64,000 nt of DNA from assembly GCA_003193925.1 (NCBI GenBank), contig PSPG01000012.1, forward strand, positions 32,756 to 96,755, read 5' to 3'. Numbering within the stretch: the stretch's first letter is position 1; each line of letters begins with the position of its first letter. Positions 46,832 to 57,150 of this stretch are shown in pieces. A program made the position numbers and the translations under genes. Source of the DNA: Candidatus Thalassarchaeum betae (GTDB taxonomy: Archaea; Thermoplasmatota; Poseidoniia; Poseidoniales; Thalassarchaeaceae). The notes below the pieces were generated by a model that had not been told where the DNA came from, did not search any database, and worked only from the letters and a program-made list of their open reading frames with translations.

Positions 46832-49411
46832 TCACGGGTTAATCTGCTCGCCGCTGCGGAAGGTCCGACATATCTCACGAACCTGGTCTTCCGAGATTCC
46901 ATCGATCTCGCGCAACTCGCCTTCTTCCGCCCATGCGAGAGCTGCGATCGTACCGAACCTGTCCAGCAGACACGCAGCCAGCTCATCGTCTACGCTGGGT
47001 ATGGCCTCCAGCAGTGCTCGTGCGGCGGCTCTGTGATCATCGTGCCGCTGCCGCAACTCCTTCGCACCAGCGGCCGCCTGAGTGACCGGGTCGTTCCAGA
47101 ACTCTGGTCTGACAGCCTCCAACCGCTCGCGCGCGGACTCGCTCAGCCCATCGAGCATCGACTCCTCCCTGCGCGCGGCCACGGTGAGGAATCTGGCGGT
47201 CTCGGACCCGTCCTTCGTGGTGACCACGGGTATCCCGAAGTCAAGGGTCAGGGTGGTGAGCGCACCCATCAGGGCATGAGGGTGGACCCTCGAGTTCTGG
47301 AACAGCCCCTCGCCCTCGATTAGGATCAGCGTTCTGGGGGCGGCTCCGACGAGGCGCGACGCCTGCTCGAGGAGCCGACCGTCGACCAATGAGTCGACGA
47401 AGTCTCTGACAGTCTTCCTCTCGACCAGGATCCTCTCACCGATGCAGAAGTCGCCGGTCTTCAAGCGCTCAATCACCACGTCAGAGCCCAAGGCCCTCAA
47501 ACGGGCTATTACGGCGCTGTTCAACTCACGGTCATCGGCAGTGATGGTAGAGCCGGGAACATCGGGCGGCCCAATCTCCTCCAAGGCGATTAGGTCTCTT
47601 GCGATCGATATCGGGGAGTGGGTCTCCTCGACCTCCTCCTTGGGTTCGGGAGGCTCCCCGACGAACTGCTCGAGCCCGGTCTGACCGCGCGCCCTGAAGG
47701 TCTGCGGGGAGAGGGGGTCAGGGGGACCTCTGACCTCCTTGGACTCGCTGGAATCGACCTCTGAGATCTCCGTTCGGTGGAGTCCTCGCTCCTCGCGGAC
47801 GAACTGCTCTGCCGCGACAGTCGATGCGTCTCCGCGGACTTCGAACTCACCGAGGTTGGATAGGTCGACGTGCGGACTGCGAGGGAGCCTCCTGCGAACG
47901 CGGTGAACAGCGCGCTGCATGAACTCCTCCTTCCTCTCAGCAGCCGCTCTAGCCCCTTCGTCACGGGTGTCCTCGGCGATCAACACGACTACCTCGCCCT
48001 CGCGGTGCCTCCCAGTCCTCCCCCGTCTCTGGATCGTGCGAATCTCACTGGGCACTGGCTCGTAGAAGACGACGAGGTCCGCCCTCGGGATGTCGAGCCC
48101 CTCCTCACCCACCGAGGTGGCGATGAGGACATTGGCCGAGCCGGACCTGAACTCGTCCAGCCTCTCTACCTGCTGCTTCGGGCTCAGCCCGTCTCTGCCG
48201 CCCCGACTCGATTGGCCGACGAACTGTATCGGACGCGCCCCCTCGACCCCCCCCAACGCCTTCTCAATCGCAGCGACGGTGTCGCGGTAGGTGGCGAAGA
48301 CGATGATGCGGGAATCAGCGTCGCGGCGCAGCCTCTCGCGAATTAGCCTCCTGACTGCTCCGACCTTGGTGTGGACCTCTCTCATCTTCTCCAGGCTCCT
48401 GAGCAGACTGGACACCCGTTGGTCCCTCAGGAAGTTCCGAGTCGACTTGGTCCCCGACTGCTCGCCCCGAGACATGCGCTTGAGGAACTGGCTGGAAGCG
48501 GCGATGCCCTGGCACAGCAGGTGGTTGATCAGATGGTGCAGCCTCATCGCCGTAGCGATCCGTGAGACGGACTGGTAAGCGCTGGACTCGCCCCTGGATA
48601 TCGCCGTCTGGGCGCGCTCCATCGCGTTGGAGAGCCCAGCATGGCTGATGAGTCCGGGCATGACGTACCTGCCCAGCCTCTTCTCCCGGTCTACAATCCC
48701 GCTCTGCCACATGACCAGAGGCTCTGCGAGCTCCCTGATCTGGTCCGGCACCCTGACTCTCACCTCCTGTATCTTGAGGCCAGCTAGATGCTTGGACAGC
48801 ATGGCCTCGCTGGCGGCCCTCAGGTGAATCCTCCCGATACCGAGTCTGGAGCAGATCTCCTCGACCTGGTCGGTCTTGGAGCCCGGGCTCGCCGTGGTGG
48901 CGAGGATGAGTGGCTGCGAGGCCTGGGACAGGTATAGGTCACCGACTTGTGCCATCGCGTGGTTACCCGTCGCGTGATGGGCTTCGTCGACTACCAGCAG
49001 TGAGCAGTCAGAGAGGTCGAGAACGCCTCTGAGAACGTCGTTCCTGACGACCTGTGGAGTGGCGACGACCAGTCTGGACGAGCCCCACATGCCGAGGCGC
49101 TTCTTGGCCACGTTCTGCCCGGTAATCGAAATCGGGTTGACAGCCGCGCTGTCGGCGAGGACAGGTTCGATACCGCGCAGGTGCTGGTCCACTAGAGCTA
49201 CGGTAGGGGCGACTATCAGGATCCAGCCATCATCGGTCGCGAGCCTATCGGCGATGACCATCCACGCGACCACTGTCTTTCCAGCCGCAGTGGGCAGTAC
49301 CAGCATCATCGATCCAGACAGCGCCTCATCGGCCGCTTCGAGTTGGTAAGCACGAGCCTCGATGACCTCTGATGAGAGGCCCGGATGGCATACCGTACGC
49401 TGCATGGACAC
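46832..49411 (-). CDS. hef: Hef (helicase-associated endonuclease for fork-structured DNA), an archaeal XPF/FANCM-family protein
   Basis: N-terminal SF2 helicase (LPTAAGKT Walker A, VVDEAHH DEAH box, HRAGRTGR-like motif VI) and C-terminal ERCC4 nuclease (GDFCIGERILVERK...D) plus an HhH2 region. Confidence 0.85.
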   Translation of the reverse strand: MSMQRTVCHPGLSSEVIEARAYQLEAADEALSGSMMLVLPTAAGKTVVAWMVIADRLATDDGWILIVAPTVALVDQHLRGIEPVLADSAAVNPISITGQNVAKKRLGMWGSSRLVVATPQVVRNDVLRGVLDLSDCSLLVVDEAHHATGNHAMAQVGDLYLSQASQPLILATTASPGSKTDQVEEICSRLGIGRIHLRAASEAMLSKHLAGLKIQEVRVRVPDQIRELAEPLVMWQSGIVDREKRLGRYVMPGLISHAGLSNAMERAQTAISRGESSAYQSVSRIATAMRLHHLINHLLCQGIAASSQFLKRMSRGEQSGTKSTRNFLRDQRVSSLLRSLEKMREVHTKVGAVRRLIRERLRRDADSRIIVFATYRDTVAAIEKALGGVEGARPIQFVGQSSRGGRDGLSPKQQVERLDEFRSGSANVLIATSVGEEGLDIPRADLVVFYEPVPSEIRTIQRRGRTGRHREGEVVVLIAEDTRDEGARAAAERKEEFMQRAVHRVRRRLPRSPHVDLSNLGEFEVRGDASTVAAEQFVREERGLHRTEISEVDSSESKEVRGPPDPLSPQTFRARGQTGLEQFVGEPPEPKEEVEETHSPISIARDLIALEEIGPPDVPGSTITADDRELNSAVIARLRALGSDVVIERLKTGDFCIGERILVERKTVRDFVDSLVDGRLLEQASRLVGAAPRTLILIEGEGLFQNSRVHPHALMGALTTLTLDFGIPVVTTKDGSETARFLTVAARREESMLDGLSESARERLEAVRPEFWNDPVTQAAAGAKELRQRHDDHRAAARALLEAIPSVDDELAACLLDRFGTIAALAWAEEGELREIDGISEDQVREICRTFRSGEQINP

Positions 49412-49695
49412 GTGACTTGAGAGTCAGGGTTCAAAATCGTTGCACAGACCCATCTGTTCACTTACACCCCGTAGGGGTGCTGCGGCTCCTACCCCGATTC
49501 GTTCAAATAGGGTATGTCAGTCGCAAGTCCGCTCACTACGTGAGGAACCAGACACCATAAGGCACTGCAGCAGCATCCTGTACACTGGGTCCGCGCTCGC
49601 GGACCGGGTTCGGTGTCACGGTTCCTCCCTAACGCAGTGGCCCGGCAGAACGCCGCTGTGCGGCGTGATGACGGTAAACGCATGGAGGACCCAAG
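49412..49695. other. 284-nt non-coding region upstream of the L3 operon with extensive predicted secondary structure (operon leader or small RNA candidate)
   Basis: No ORF. Hairpins CCCC-GTA-GGGG, GGGGT..ACCCC and GGTCCGCG-CTC-GCGGACC, plus long-range complementarity GGAACCAGACACC ... GGTGTCACGGTTCC. Confidence 0.3.
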
Positions 49696-50772
49696 ATGGC
49701 CTACCCCAGCAAGCCCCGCCGTGGTAGCATGGGCTATAGCCCCCGTAAGAGGGCATCTCGCCAATACGGTCGAATCACCTCCTGGCGCGACTCGAATTCC
49801 TCGGAGGTCAGAGTCCAAGGCTTCGCTGGCTGGAAGGCGGGGATGACCCACGTCCTGATTCGCGACAACAACCCCCACTCCTCCTCCGCCCGTCAGGAGG
49901 TCCGCAAGGCTGTCACAGTCGTCGAGACCCCTCCGATGAGCGTCCTCGCCATCCGTGGCTACAGGATGACCCCCTACGGCGTGCAGACCGCCGGCGAGGC
50001 GTGGTCTGACTCTGACAGCGGCCCCGACGGCCTGATGCCTCGCTTAGCCAACCAGAGCCGAGGTGAGCGCGACATCGAGGAGGGCCGCAAGCCCTCCATG
50101 CGCGGCGGCCGCATCCCGTCTCGCAGCGACAGCTCGTCGGACGCCGCCCTAGAGGCTCTGCGCAACGCGGACCTGTGCGAGGTCCGACTGATCGTATCCA
50201 CTCAGCCGGCCCTCGTGAAGAGCGTGACCAGCAAGACCCCCGAGATCATGGAGGTCGCGCTGGCTGGCGGCGACAACGGCGCCAAGCTGGAGTGGGCCAT
50301 TGAGAGGCTCGGTGGCACCATCTCCCTCGACGATGTCTACCAGACTGGTCAGGAGATCGACGTCGTCGGCGTCACCAAGGGCAAGGGCTGGCAGGGCTCC
50401 ATCAAGCGTTGGGGCATCAAGCTCCTGTCGCACAAGAACAGCAAGCGCCGACGCCAAGGCGGCAACATGGGCGACTTCGGGACTGGCTACGTCCGCAAGA
50501 CCATCCGCCAGGCCGGCCAAGTCGGTTACCACCAGCGCACCGAGCTGAACAAGCGCATCCTGAGGGTCTCGAACCCCGAGGAGTCTGACATCACTCCCGC
50601 GGGCGGCTTCCTGAACTACGGCGAAGTCACTAACCCATACATGATCATCCAAGGCAGTCTGCCCGGCCCGGCCAAGCGCATGCTCCGGTTCCGCGACGCC
50701 ATTCGACCGAGACCGTCCAAGCCAAAGGACGACATCACCTACGTGAGTACATCGAGCAAGCAGGGAGTGTGA
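49696..50772 (+). CDS. rpl3: Ribosomal protein uL3
   Basis: Archaeal L3 signature FAGWKAGMTHV...GKGWQG, with an acidic insertion. Confidence 0.95.
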   Translation: MAYPSKPRRGSMGYSPRKRASRQYGRITSWRDSNSSEVRVQGFAGWKAGMTHVLIRDNNPHSSSARQEVRKAVTVVETPPMSVLAIRGYRMTPYGVQTAGEAWSDSDSGPDGLMPRLANQSRGERDIEEGRKPSMRGGRIPSRSDSSSDAALEALRNADLCEVRLIVSTQPALVKSVTSKTPEIMEVALAGGDNGAKLEWAIERLGGTISLDDVYQTGQEIDVVGVTKGKGWQGSIKRWGIKLLSHKNSKRRRQGGNMGDFGTGYVRKTIRQAGQVGYHQRTELNKRILRVSNPEESDITPAGGFLNYGEVTNPYMIIQGSLPGPAKRMLRFRDAIRPRPSKPKDDITYVSTSSKQGV

Positions 50773-50776
50773 TTAC

Positions 50777-51655
50777 ATGAAGACGAAGACTTACAACCTG
50801 GTCAATTTGGTCGAGCAGGAGGAGCTCGACGCGGGTCTTCTGGCTGAGTATTACATCGTCGAGGCCAGCGACGGCAAGAGCATAACGCTGCCCGACGCCT
50901 TTTCTTCCGAAGTCCGCGAAGACGTAATTCGCGCGGCGGTCCTCGCCTCGCGCGCCAACCGCCGCCAGCCATACGGCCATCGCGAGCACGACGGCAAGCG
51001 AGCCCCCCAGCCCGGCATGAAGCACTCCGTGGAGTGGTGGGGCAAGGGCCGGGGCGTCTCGAGGATCATGCGCAAGACCGGACAGCGCACCGGTGCCCAG
51101 AACCCACACACCCGCGGCGGTCGCAGGGCGCACGGCCCGTTGGTCGCCAAGGACTGGTCGCAGAAGCTCAACACGAAGCAGCGTAGGCTGGCCCGCGACT
51201 CCGCCATCGCCGCTACCGCCGTTGCCGAGATGGTCTCCACACGCGGGCACCGCTTCGAGGATGGCGTTCGGTTCCCAATCGTCATCGACGGCTACGTCGA
51301 GTCGCGTGACGGCTCCGACGAGAAGTACGAGGTCGAGTCGCTGCCCCCGCAGTACTCGACCCGCAAGTTCGTCGCGATGATGGAGGGACTCGGACTCGGA
51401 GCGGACCTCGACCGAGCCAAGGGCGGCAGGAACATCCGCGCCGGCAAGGGGAAGATGCGAGGCCGCAGATACAGGACCCCGAAGAGCATTCTAGTCGTAG
51501 TCTCCAATCGAGACGGCCTGCACAAGGCCGCTCGCAACGTCCCCGGTGTCGACGTCGTCGTCGCCAAGGACCTGAGCGCAGAGGATTTGGCGCCCGGCGG
51601 TGACGCTGGCCGCCTGACAGTCTGGACGAAGCCGGCGATAGAGGAACTGGAGTGA
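50777..51655 (+). CDS. rpl4: Ribosomal protein uL4 (L4/L1e)
   Basis: 292-aa L4 family protein next in operon order. Confidence 0.9.
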   Translation: MKTKTYNLVNLVEQEELDAGLLAEYYIVEASDGKSITLPDAFSSEVREDVIRAAVLASRANRRQPYGHREHDGKRAPQPGMKHSVEWWGKGRGVSRIMRKTGQRTGAQNPHTRGGRRAHGPLVAKDWSQKLNTKQRRLARDSAIAATAVAEMVSTRGHRFEDGVRFPIVIDGYVESRDGSDEKYEVESLPPQYSTRKFVAMMEGLGLGADLDRAKGGRNIRAGKGKMRGRRYRTPKSILVVVSNRDGLHKAARNVPGVDVVVAKDLSAEDLAPGGDAGRLTVWTKPAIEELE

Positions 51656-51660
51656 TTTAG

Positions 51661-51951
51661 ATGGTAGACCCGTATGACATCATCCTGATGCCTTGGATCA
51701 CGGAGAAGACCCTAGAGGCACGCAGGGTGGCCGACGAGGACAGCGGCTACAGGGAGAACAACAACAGGATCGAGTTCATCGTCCGCCGAGAGGCGACGAA
51801 GAAGCAGATCCGCGAGTCGGTCGAGCAGATGTTCGACGTCAAGGTCGTCAAGGTCAACACAAGGATCACCATCACCGGCAAGCACGCCAGCGTCCGCCTT
51901 GCCGACGGTTACGACGCAGAGGATGCCGCGCTCAAGCTGGGCGCGTTCTGA
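51661..51951 (+). CDS. rpl23: Ribosomal protein uL23
   Basis: 96 aa with DPYDIIL...P..TEK and the L23 fold motif. Confidence 0.9.
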   Translation: MVDPYDIILMPWITEKTLEARRVADEDSGYRENNNRIEFIVRREATKKQIRESVEQMFDVKVVKVNTRITITGKHASVRLADGYDAEDAALKLGAF

Positions 51952-51964
51952 TGAGGTGAGGAGA

Positions 51965-52690
<726 letters not shown>

Positions 52691-52691
52691 G

Positions 52692-53192
52692 ATGGCCCGT
52701 CGTAGGTCGAAGAAGATGTTCCGCTCGCCCAAGCTGGCGAGGCGCCAGGCTCGCAAGCGACGCTCAATGATCAGCGAGCGCCGCAAGAAGGAGTTCCTTT
52801 GGCGCGGCTACACGCTGGACCAGCTCCACGAGCTTCCGCTCTATCCCCCGGAGGACGACCCGGAGGCTGCGTGCATCGCCACGCTGATGCCGGCTCGGGC
52901 CAAGCGCTCGCTGTCGCGCGGCCTCAGCTCGGAATGCCAGAAGTTCCTCGATCGAGTACGCTCGAACAACGACGGAGTCGTCAAGACGCACTGCCGAGGC
53001 ATGTACGTCCTCCCGGAGATGATCGGCACCACCGTCGGAATCCACAACGGCAAGGGCTTCGTCAATGTCGAGATAGTCCCCGAGATGATCGGCCACGCAC
53101 TGGGCGAGTTCGCTCGGACCCGCAAGTCCGTGACTCACACTGGACCTGGTGTCGGCGCTACCCGCTCGTCCCAGCACGTGGCACTGAAGTGA
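52692..53192 (+). CDS. rps19: Ribosomal protein uS19 with a basic N-terminal extension
   Basis: C-terminal KTHCRGMYVLPEMIGTTVGIHNGKGF...GHALGEFA is the S19 signature. The N-terminal 30 aa are Arg/Lys-rich; an alternative start at 52767 is possible. Confidence 0.9.
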   Translation: MARRRSKKMFRSPKLARRQARKRRSMISERRKKEFLWRGYTLDQLHELPLYPPEDDPEAACIATLMPARAKRSLSRGLSSECQKFLDRVRSNNDGVVKTHCRGMYVLPEMIGTTVGIHNGKGFVNVEIVPEMIGHALGEFARTRKSVTHTGPGVGATRSSQHVALK

Positions 53193-53202
53193 GGTGAGAA
53201 GA

Positions 53203-53727
53203 ATGAGCAGGATACCAGGAAAGCCGCAGTCTGGATACACCCAGCTTCTGGAAGGCTCGAACCTGGTCACCGCTCGCACTGTCGACGTCGACTGCCACCA
53301 CAAGCACTGCTACCACATCGCCAAGGCGATTCGCGGCATGAACGCGACCGCCGCCGTGGAGTACCTCGAGGAAGTCATCGCCAAGAAGAGAGCGATACCC
53401 TACACCCGACGCTCTCGCAGAGGCCGCGGCGGCAACACCATGGCGGGGCACCGCAAGGGCAAGATGGGCCCCGGGAGATACCCGAGCAAGGCCTCGAAGG
53501 AATTCGTCAAACTCATCAACAGCGCGATGGACAACGCCCGCCAGCGCTTCGACACCCTCGATGCCGAGGACATGACGATCACTCACGTGGCCGCCCACCG
53601 CGGGCAGGTCGCGACCAACTGGCGTCCCCGTGCCATGGGCCGCGCCACGCCGAGCAACCACTACCAAGTCAATCTCGAGATCTTCCTCGAGCACTTCGGC
53701 GAGGGAGAGGGAGAGGACGAATTCTGA
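53203..53727 (+). CDS. rpl22: Ribosomal protein uL22
   Basis: AIRGM...VIAKKRAIP and HRGQV..WRPRAMGRATP motifs. Confidence 0.9.
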   Translation: MSRIPGKPQSGYTQLLEGSNLVTARTVDVDCHHKHCYHIAKAIRGMNATAAVEYLEEVIAKKRAIPYTRRSRRGRGGNTMAGHRKGKMGPGRYPSKASKEFVKLINSAMDNARQRFDTLDAEDMTITHVAAHRGQVATNWRPRAMGRATPSNHYQVNLEIFLEHFGEGEGEDEF

Positions 53728-53736
53728 GGTGAGTGC

Positions 53737-54516
53737 ATGAAGCAGCATAACACAATCCGGGCATTCATCCACCGCAATGTCGAGCGCCAGCTCGTCCGCG
53801 AGTACCTGCTCAGGGAGACCGAGCGCGCCGGCTTCGGCGGCCTGAGTTTCAACCGTACCCCGGAGGGCACCAAGGTGACTCTGCGGGCCGAGCAGGTCGG
53901 TCGCGTGATAGGCCGCCGCGGCAAGATCATCCACGAGCTGCAACGGCGCCTCAAGAACGATTTCTTCCTCGAGAACCCGCATCTGGATGTTGAGGAGGTC
54001 ACCGAGTCTCGCCTCAACGCGCAGATCATGGCCAGCCGCCTCGCGAGCTCGCTCGAGCGCGGCTGGTTCTTCCGCCGTGCCGGTCACAGCACCGCTCAGA
54101 ACGTCATGGACGCAGGCGCCCGCGGCTGTCTGGTCATCCTGAGCGGCAAGATCACGGGCGCTCGCCACCGCGTTGAGAAGTTCCAGCAGGGACACATCAA
54201 GTTCTGTGGCGAGACCGCTCTCGAGTTCATGGACTGCGGCTTCTCGACCGCTGTCAAGAAGCTCGGAACAGTCGGCTGTACCGTCAGGATCATGCGACCG
54301 GGGGTCAAGCTACCGCACGAGATCATGATCGTCGAGCGCGCGGACTCCGGCCTGCCTTCTTTGGCAGAGGTCGTGATGATCGAGGCCTCGGACGAGGAGA
54401 CCGTCGAGGAGATGCCCGTTCTCTCCGAGGAGCCCGAGGCCGACGCAGAGGACGAGGTCGACCCGGTCGTCGAGAAGACGGCGGGCATCGAGGACCAGAC
54501 ACAGGAGGAGGAGTGA
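53737..54516 (+). CDS. rps3: Ribosomal protein uS3 with an acidic C-terminal tail
   Basis: KH domain (VIGRRGKIIHEL) and S3 C-domain, followed by a 40-aa Glu/Asp-rich tail. Confidence 0.95.
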   Translation: MKQHNTIRAFIHRNVERQLVREYLLRETERAGFGGLSFNRTPEGTKVTLRAEQVGRVIGRRGKIIHELQRRLKNDFFLENPHLDVEEVTESRLNAQIMASRLASSLERGWFFRRAGHSTAQNVMDAGARGCLVILSGKITGARHRVEKFQQGHIKFCGETALEFMDCGFSTAVKKLGTVGCTVRIMRPGVKLPHEIMIVERADSGLPSLAEVVMIEASDEETVEEMPVLSEEPEADAEDEVDPVVEKTAGIEDQTQEEE

Positions 54517-54720
54517 ATGGCGCACGTCAGGTCGAGGGACATCGAGACGATGAGCCCCGAGCAGCGCCAGGACACGCTGGAAGAGCTTCGGGAGGAGCTC
54601 CTCCAACTGCGAGCACAGCAGGCGCTGGGAGGCTCGGCATCAAACTCAGGAGCATACAAGCAGACGCGCAGGAGCATAGCTCGCTTGCTCACCAGGATGA
54701 ACCATGGGACGAAGGAGTAG
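54517..54720 (+). CDS. rpl29: Ribosomal protein uL29
   Basis: 67-aa helical protein with ELREELLQLRAQ. Confidence 0.85.
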   Translation: MAHVRSRDIETMSPEQRQDTLEELREELLQLRAQQALGGSASNSGAYKQTRRSIARLLTRMNHGTKE

Positions 54721-54725
54721 AGTGG

Positions 54726-55025
54726 ATGGCTGGGATTTGCAATCTGTGTGGACTGCCCGATGAACTTTGCATATGTCAGGAGATAGCGAAGGAGCAGCAG
54801 AAGGCGACGATCTCGATTGTTAGAAGGAGGTACGGCAAGATGGTTACGATAGTAGAGGGAATTGACGACTCGGCCATCGATCTGGGCCAGCTCGCCAAGA
54901 TTCTCAAGGGCGCCTGCGCCAGCGGAGGCACCGTCAAGGGACGGACCATCGAACTGCAGGGGAACCACAAGAAGAGGGCCGCCAAGGTGCTCGAGCAGAA
55001 CGGCTACCAGGTGGAGGTGCGCTAG
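54726..55025 (+). CDS. Translation initiation factor SUI1 (aSUI1/eIF1 homolog)
   Basis: 99 aa with a CxxC zinc-knuckle N-terminus and a SUI1 core (VTIVEGI...LAKILKGACASGGTVK). Confidence 0.85.
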   Translation: MAGICNLCGLPDELCICQEIAKEQQKATISIVRRRYGKMVTIVEGIDDSAIDLGQLAKILKGACASGGTVKGRTIELQGNHKKRAAKVLEQNGYQVEVR

Positions 55026-55283
55026 ATGAGCGACGCGATTCACATGACTTGGCTGGCCCGCACAATCACCGTCGTGGACTCGTCCGACCCCACCTTGGTT
55101 GGGCTGAGCGGCACTGTGCTCGACGAGACCCGACGCACCATCCACGTTCAGACCGACGACGGCGAGGTCCGGCTGGCGAAGAACGTGATCACATTCACCA
55201 TCGACTCGGGAGACGCAATCGTCGGTTCTACCGTCACCCAGCGCCCCGAGGACCGCATCAACCGCAGGTACAGGAGGGGGTGA
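55026..55283 (+). CDS. rnp1: RNase P protein component 1 (Rpp29/Pop4)
   Basis: 85-aa Sm-like protein with LVGLSGTVLDETRRTIHV. Confidence 0.8.
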   Translation: MSDAIHMTWLARTITVVDSSDPTLVGLSGTVLDETRRTIHVQTDDGEVRLAKNVITFTIDSGDAIVGSTVTQRPEDRINRRYRRG

Positions 55284-55284
55284 G

Positions 55285-55617
55285 ATGAGGGACATAGGCG
55301 TTGACGTCAAGACCCCTGTGGGGGAGTGGGACGGCAGCGACAGTTGCCCGTTCTACGGCAGTCTGAGGCTCCGCGGACAGATTATCGGGGGCACTGTATC
55401 CTCTTCCGGAATGACCGACTCTATCGTCGTCGAGCGCGAGACTTCTCGCTACATGAAGAAGTACGAGCGCTACGAGAAGCGCACCCGACGCTACGCTGCC
55501 CACCTGCCTTCGTGCATCGGCGGCGTCAGCCCGGGCGACAGGGTCCGCATCATGGAATGCCGACCGCTCTCGAAGACCATCAAGTTCTGCGTGATTGAGA
55601 AGGAGGCGGCCGAATGA
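55285..55617 (+). CDS. rps17: Ribosomal protein uS17
   Basis: OB-fold S17 with GTVVS-like region and MECRPLSKT. Confidence 0.9.
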   Translation: MRDIGVDVKTPVGEWDGSDSCPFYGSLRLRGQIIGGTVSSSGMTDSIVVERETSRYMKKYERYEKRTRRYAAHLPSCIGGVSPGDRVRIMECRPLSKTIKFCVIEKEAAE

Positions 55618-56012
55618 AGGGGATAGCAGGCCGTGTGACGGCAGGACTGCCGACTCAGGCTCGCCTGGTCTGCGTGGACAACACCGGCGCCAAGGTCGTG
55701 CAGCTGATCACCGTCCTGAAGAAGGGCGGGGTCCATCGCCGCTATCCCGCAGCCGGGGTCGGCGACATGATTCGCGTGACAGTGCGCCGCGGCACCCCCG
55801 AGACCCGACGCCAGATTTTCACCGCCGTGATCGTCCGCCAAGCGCGCCCCTTCAGGCGCGTCGACGGCACGTGGGTGCAGTTCGAGGACAACGCCTGCGT
55901 CATAACGAACGACCGCGGCGAGGTGCAGGGCTCGGACATCAAGGGCCCAGTCAGCCGAGAGGCCGCCGAGCGCTGGCCGCGCATCGCAGCCACGGCGAAG
56001 CAGATAGTGTGA
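55614..56012 (+). CDS. rpl14: Ribosomal protein uL14
   Basis: 132 aa with LVCVDNTGAK...GDMI.VTV. Confidence 0.9.
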   Translation: MKGIAGRVTAGLPTQARLVCVDNTGAKVVQLITVLKKGGVHRRYPAAGVGDMIRVTVRRGTPETRRQIFTAVIVRQARPFRRVDGTWVQFEDNACVITNDRGEVQGSDIKGPVSREAAERWPRIAATAKQIV

Positions 56013-56021
56013 GGTGAGAGG

Positions 56022-56462
56022 ATGGCAAGCAAGAGCCCTGGAAAGCAGCGTCGAACCAACAGCAAGGCGGCTCTGCACGTCCAGCGCAAGCGACTTCGCG
56101 CGCGCCTCGTCACCGACGACCCCGAGTTGCAGGCGATTCGCTCCGTGACGGTGCGCACGGGCGACGAGGTCGAGGTCCTTCGTGGAGACTTCGGCAACCC
56201 CAACAGCGTCAAGACAGACTCCCGAGGCAAGCGTCTGGGCCAGTCGAGAGGTCGCGCCGGGGTCAAGGCAAAGGTCGCGCGAGTCGACACCAACAGGGGC
56301 ATGATCTACGTCGATGGGCTCACTATCTCCACCGCTGACGGCAAGGAGGAGGGAGTGCCCATCAGGCCCTCCAACCTCGTAGTGACCAACCTGTATGATG
56401 GCGACCCGCTGCGAATCAAGAGACTCATGGAGAGATCAGAGGGAGGTGAGATCGATGAGTAG
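56022..56462 (+). CDS. rpl24: Ribosomal protein uL24 (KOW domain)
   Basis: VRTGDEVEVLRGDFG KOW motif. Confidence 0.9.
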   Translation: MASKSPGKQRRTNSKAALHVQRKRLRARLVTDDPELQAIRSVTVRTGDEVEVLRGDFGNPNSVKTDSRGKRLGQSRGRAGVKAKVARVDTNRGMIYVDGLTISTADGKEEGVPIRPSNLVVTNLYDGDPLRIKRLMERSEGGEIDE

Positions 56463-57150
56463 TAGTCACATCAAGCGTCTGGTGATGCCACGAAGCTGGG
56501 CCCTGCCCAGGAAGACCTCGATCTGGGTCCAGAAGCCCAACCCGGGCGGCCACAGCATCGAGAACTGCATGCCTCTGGCGCTGATTCTGCGCGACGTCCT
56601 CGGCGTTGCTCACACCCGGCGCGAGGCCAAGCGGATACTACACTCGCGACAGGTCATGGTGGATGGCATGACCGAGACCGACGGAGGCCGCGGAGTCGGC
56701 CTGATGGACATCCTAACCGTAGGCGAGAACAACTACCGATGCGTGCTCGACACCAACGGCAAGCTGCGATACCGCCTCATCCATGTGAGGGACTCGGGCA
56801 GCAAGACCTGCCGCGTCATGGGCAAGACCACCCTCCGCGGCGGAAAGACCCAGCTTCACCTGCACGACGGCAGGAACCTGCTCATGGACGACACCTCGAC
56901 GTACAAGAGTGGCGACTCCGTCGTCATCTCGCTGCCCGAGCAGCAGATCTCCTCCCACTACCCATTCAGGGAAGGGGCTCTAGCCTACCTCACCGGAGGC
57001 AGCCACATCGGCGAGACCGCTGCGGTCCGCGGACGTGACGTCAAGCGTTCCTCCAAGCCGAACGAGGTCCAGTTCGAGGAGTTCCACACCATTGCCGACT
57101 ACGTATTCTTGATTGGCAGCGAGTCAGACATACCGGGGGCTGAGTCATGA
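56455..57150 (+). CDS. rps4e: Ribosomal protein eS4
   Basis: N-terminus MSSSHIKRLVMPRSW with S4 and KOW regions. The ATG at 56455 overlaps the L24 stop. Confidence 0.9.
   Translation: MSSSHIKRLVMPRSWALPRKTSIWVQKPNPGGHSIENCMPLALILRDVLGVAHTRREAKRILHSRQVMVDGMTETDGGRGVGLMDILTVGENNYRCVLDTNGKLRYRLIHVRDSGSKTCRVMGKTTLRGGKTQLHLHDGRNLLMDDTSTYKSGDSVVISLPEQQISSHYPFREGALAYLTGGSHIGETAAVRGRDVKRSSKPNEVQFEEFHTIADYVFLIGSESDIPGAES

Noticed and set aside
51899-51964. Upstream in-frame extension of rpl2 that overlaps rpl23.
   Set aside because: Archaeal uL2 begins at GKRTRSQRRG. A TTG at 51965 preceded by GAGGTGAGGAG fits better than the upstream ATGs that overlap rpl23.
54726-55283. SUI1 and RNase P Rpp29 genes embedded in the ribosomal-protein operon as a possible anomaly.
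   Set aside because: Their placement between rpl29 and rps17 is a well-known conserved feature of archaeal spc/S10-like clusters and is not novel.
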